This document shows positions 46,618-48,023 of a DNA stretch of 48,023 nt, in pieces. The DNA is from Vitrella brassicaformis CCMP3155. Its lineage: Eukaryota > Protista > Chromerida. Positions within the stretch are counted from its first letter, which is position 1. Every line of letters starts with the position of its first letter. The position numbers and the translations under genes are program-made. The notes under the pieces are model-generated. The model was given only the letters and a program-made list of their open reading frames with translations. It was not told the origin of the DNA and did no database searches. The stretch lies in the NCBI GenBank assembly GCA_001179505.1, contig CDMY01000580.1, forward strand, positions 1 to 48,023. Reading direction: 5' to 3'.

Positions 46618-47446
46618 TCATGGTCTCGTCAGCTCCGACTTGATCTGCTCCATCAAGGCCTGGAGGGCCGCCGGTGCGTCCTCCTTGACCGCGGCAATGG
46701 CATCACGCGGACCGCTGGACGACTTGACCTCAACCTGCACCCAGCCAGACACACACACCCAGATCTCCATTTGGATGGTCTCTCTCTGCGTGTGTGCAAT
46801 GCTTGCCTGGCAGTCTGGGTCATGGTCAGTGAGCTCCTTGACGACGAGAGTCCCGCTGACGGGGTCGCCCCTCCACGTTCCTGTGAGCTCGACATCGATG
46901 TGCAAGTCGTAGCCCAGCCTGATCCTGCCGCGAACCATGCAGAGAGTCGACTGCAGACAGGACAGAGCACCGCACCCACACACACAGAAGAAAGGACGAA
47001 GCCATTGCATCGCCGCACAGACAACACGCACAGACGTCCACCAATCATCATCGCGTGGCACTGCTTACATCTCCACTGCAAGTGGCTTTGGTGGTCGTGA
47101 CCCGCCCCTCCGGCCGGTCCATCAGACAGTGCCCCCCGCGAAAACACCCCTCCAGCCGCTTGTTGACTCTCGTGGAAACGTTCTTCTCCTCCCAAGTGCC
47201 CGCCTGGTTCCAGACGCTCGGCGCAGAGACGCTTCTCTGCCCGACGTCGTGTGGCGGCTGCAGGGGCGCGTCGAGGCGCTGAGGGGCGGTGGGGGGGAGC
47301 AGGTGGGCGTCGGGGATGTCACGCTTCCTGCGTGACACACACGAGGGATCCTTGCTCTCGCTGACGGTTTGCGTAGTCACTCACTCACCAGTATGTGTAG
47401 CCTCCGAATCCTTTGCTCCCTTTGGTTTCCGTTTCGGCGGCGCCAT
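46618..47446 (-). CDS. Activator of Hsp90 ATPase, N-terminal domain only (Aha1_N / Hch1-like), 4 exons
   Basis: SVWNQAGTWEEKNVS; STLCMVRGRIRLGYDLHI; VSGTLVVKELTDHD; stop at 46618 with no SRPBCC C-domain. The last intron is GC-AG. Confidence 0.8.
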
Positions 47447-48023
47447 TGACTTCGCCTGAGGTGTCGTCCGCCATCCACGGTGTCCAGAGATCTGCAGAGC
47501 TCTTTCAAGCTCGCAAACCATCGGTGGATAGTACTATAGACAATTGAAGACCTGCGCATAGCGTGTGGATGAGTTCGCAAGTCATGCAGGCGTGAGCACC
47601 CGTCTGCCTCTCTGCAGAGCATGCCGCCATTGCAGGCAGCACACGAGCGCAGGGGAATAGTGATAAAGCCACCTATCACGCCACCCACCCATGTCATCCA
47701 GCCACTCATCCAATGGCATCCATCCATCCATCCGTCGTGCGTTGGGTGCAATATCGACGAGAAAGGACTTACTCAGCCAGGGAGTGACTGAGTGAGTTGA
47801 GTGCAAATAGACAACATGCAGTGAGTGATAGACACACACACACGCCACACGCATGATTTAGATAGATAGATAGCTACATACACACATACATACATACATA
47901 CATACAAAGGGGCGCAACTGTGCCTGCCTGTCTGCCTGTCTGTCTGTCTGTCTGCATGTGCACGCCCCTCACGCATCAACATGAATGCCATCCATGAGTC
48001 AGTGGGGAGGGAGGAAGGGGGGG

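Larger units (their letters stand above)
940..47960. repeat. Pervasive intronic and intergenic microsatellites: (GT)n, (CA)n, (GA)n, (GTCT)n, (GGAT)n, (GGCT)n, (CTGTG)n
   Basis: Examples at 943-961, 17990-18012, 23515-23582, 32639-32674, 44925-44980, 40833-40856. Confidence 0.95.

Overview
Eukaryotic, GC-rich, intron-dense genomic DNA. Most introns are about 50-150 nt and full of (GT)n/(CA)n, (GTCT)n and (GGAT)n microsatellites. The style resembles a chromerid alveolate such as Vitrella brassicaformis (inference only). There are two 300-N scaffold gaps (19338-19637, 27192-27491). Genes reconstructed by manual splicing: alanine aminotransferase with a possible N-terminal extension beyond the window (+); two diverged copies of a ~1.6 kb duplicated unit carrying complementary lesions; a MED6-like gene (-); a ~7.2 kb gene with two tandem helical ARM-like units, a duplicated exon and a C-terminal RING finger (+); a secreted LNR+PAN/apple protein (+); an 82-aa single-pass membrane protein (-); UDP-glucuronate decarboxylase UXS (+); SLU7 (-), cut by a gap, with a SLU7-like C-terminal fragment stranded 7.5 kb away; a ricin-B-like + ankyrin gene with apparent frameshift(s) (-); a degenerate TraB/TRABD-like gene (+); and an Aha1 N-domain-only co-chaperone (-). 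The most striking locus is a ~28-exon gene at 30002-39736. It joins a signal peptide, a bacterial OpuAC/ProX-like solute-binding domain, ephrin-receptor-like Cys repeats, a Flc/Pkd2 TRP-like multi-pass membrane domain and cytosolic zinc fingers, which suggests a ligand-sensing receptor or channel. No rRNA, tRNA, CRISPR array or autonomous transposon was recognised. All family assignments come from motifs recognised by eye, not from database searches.
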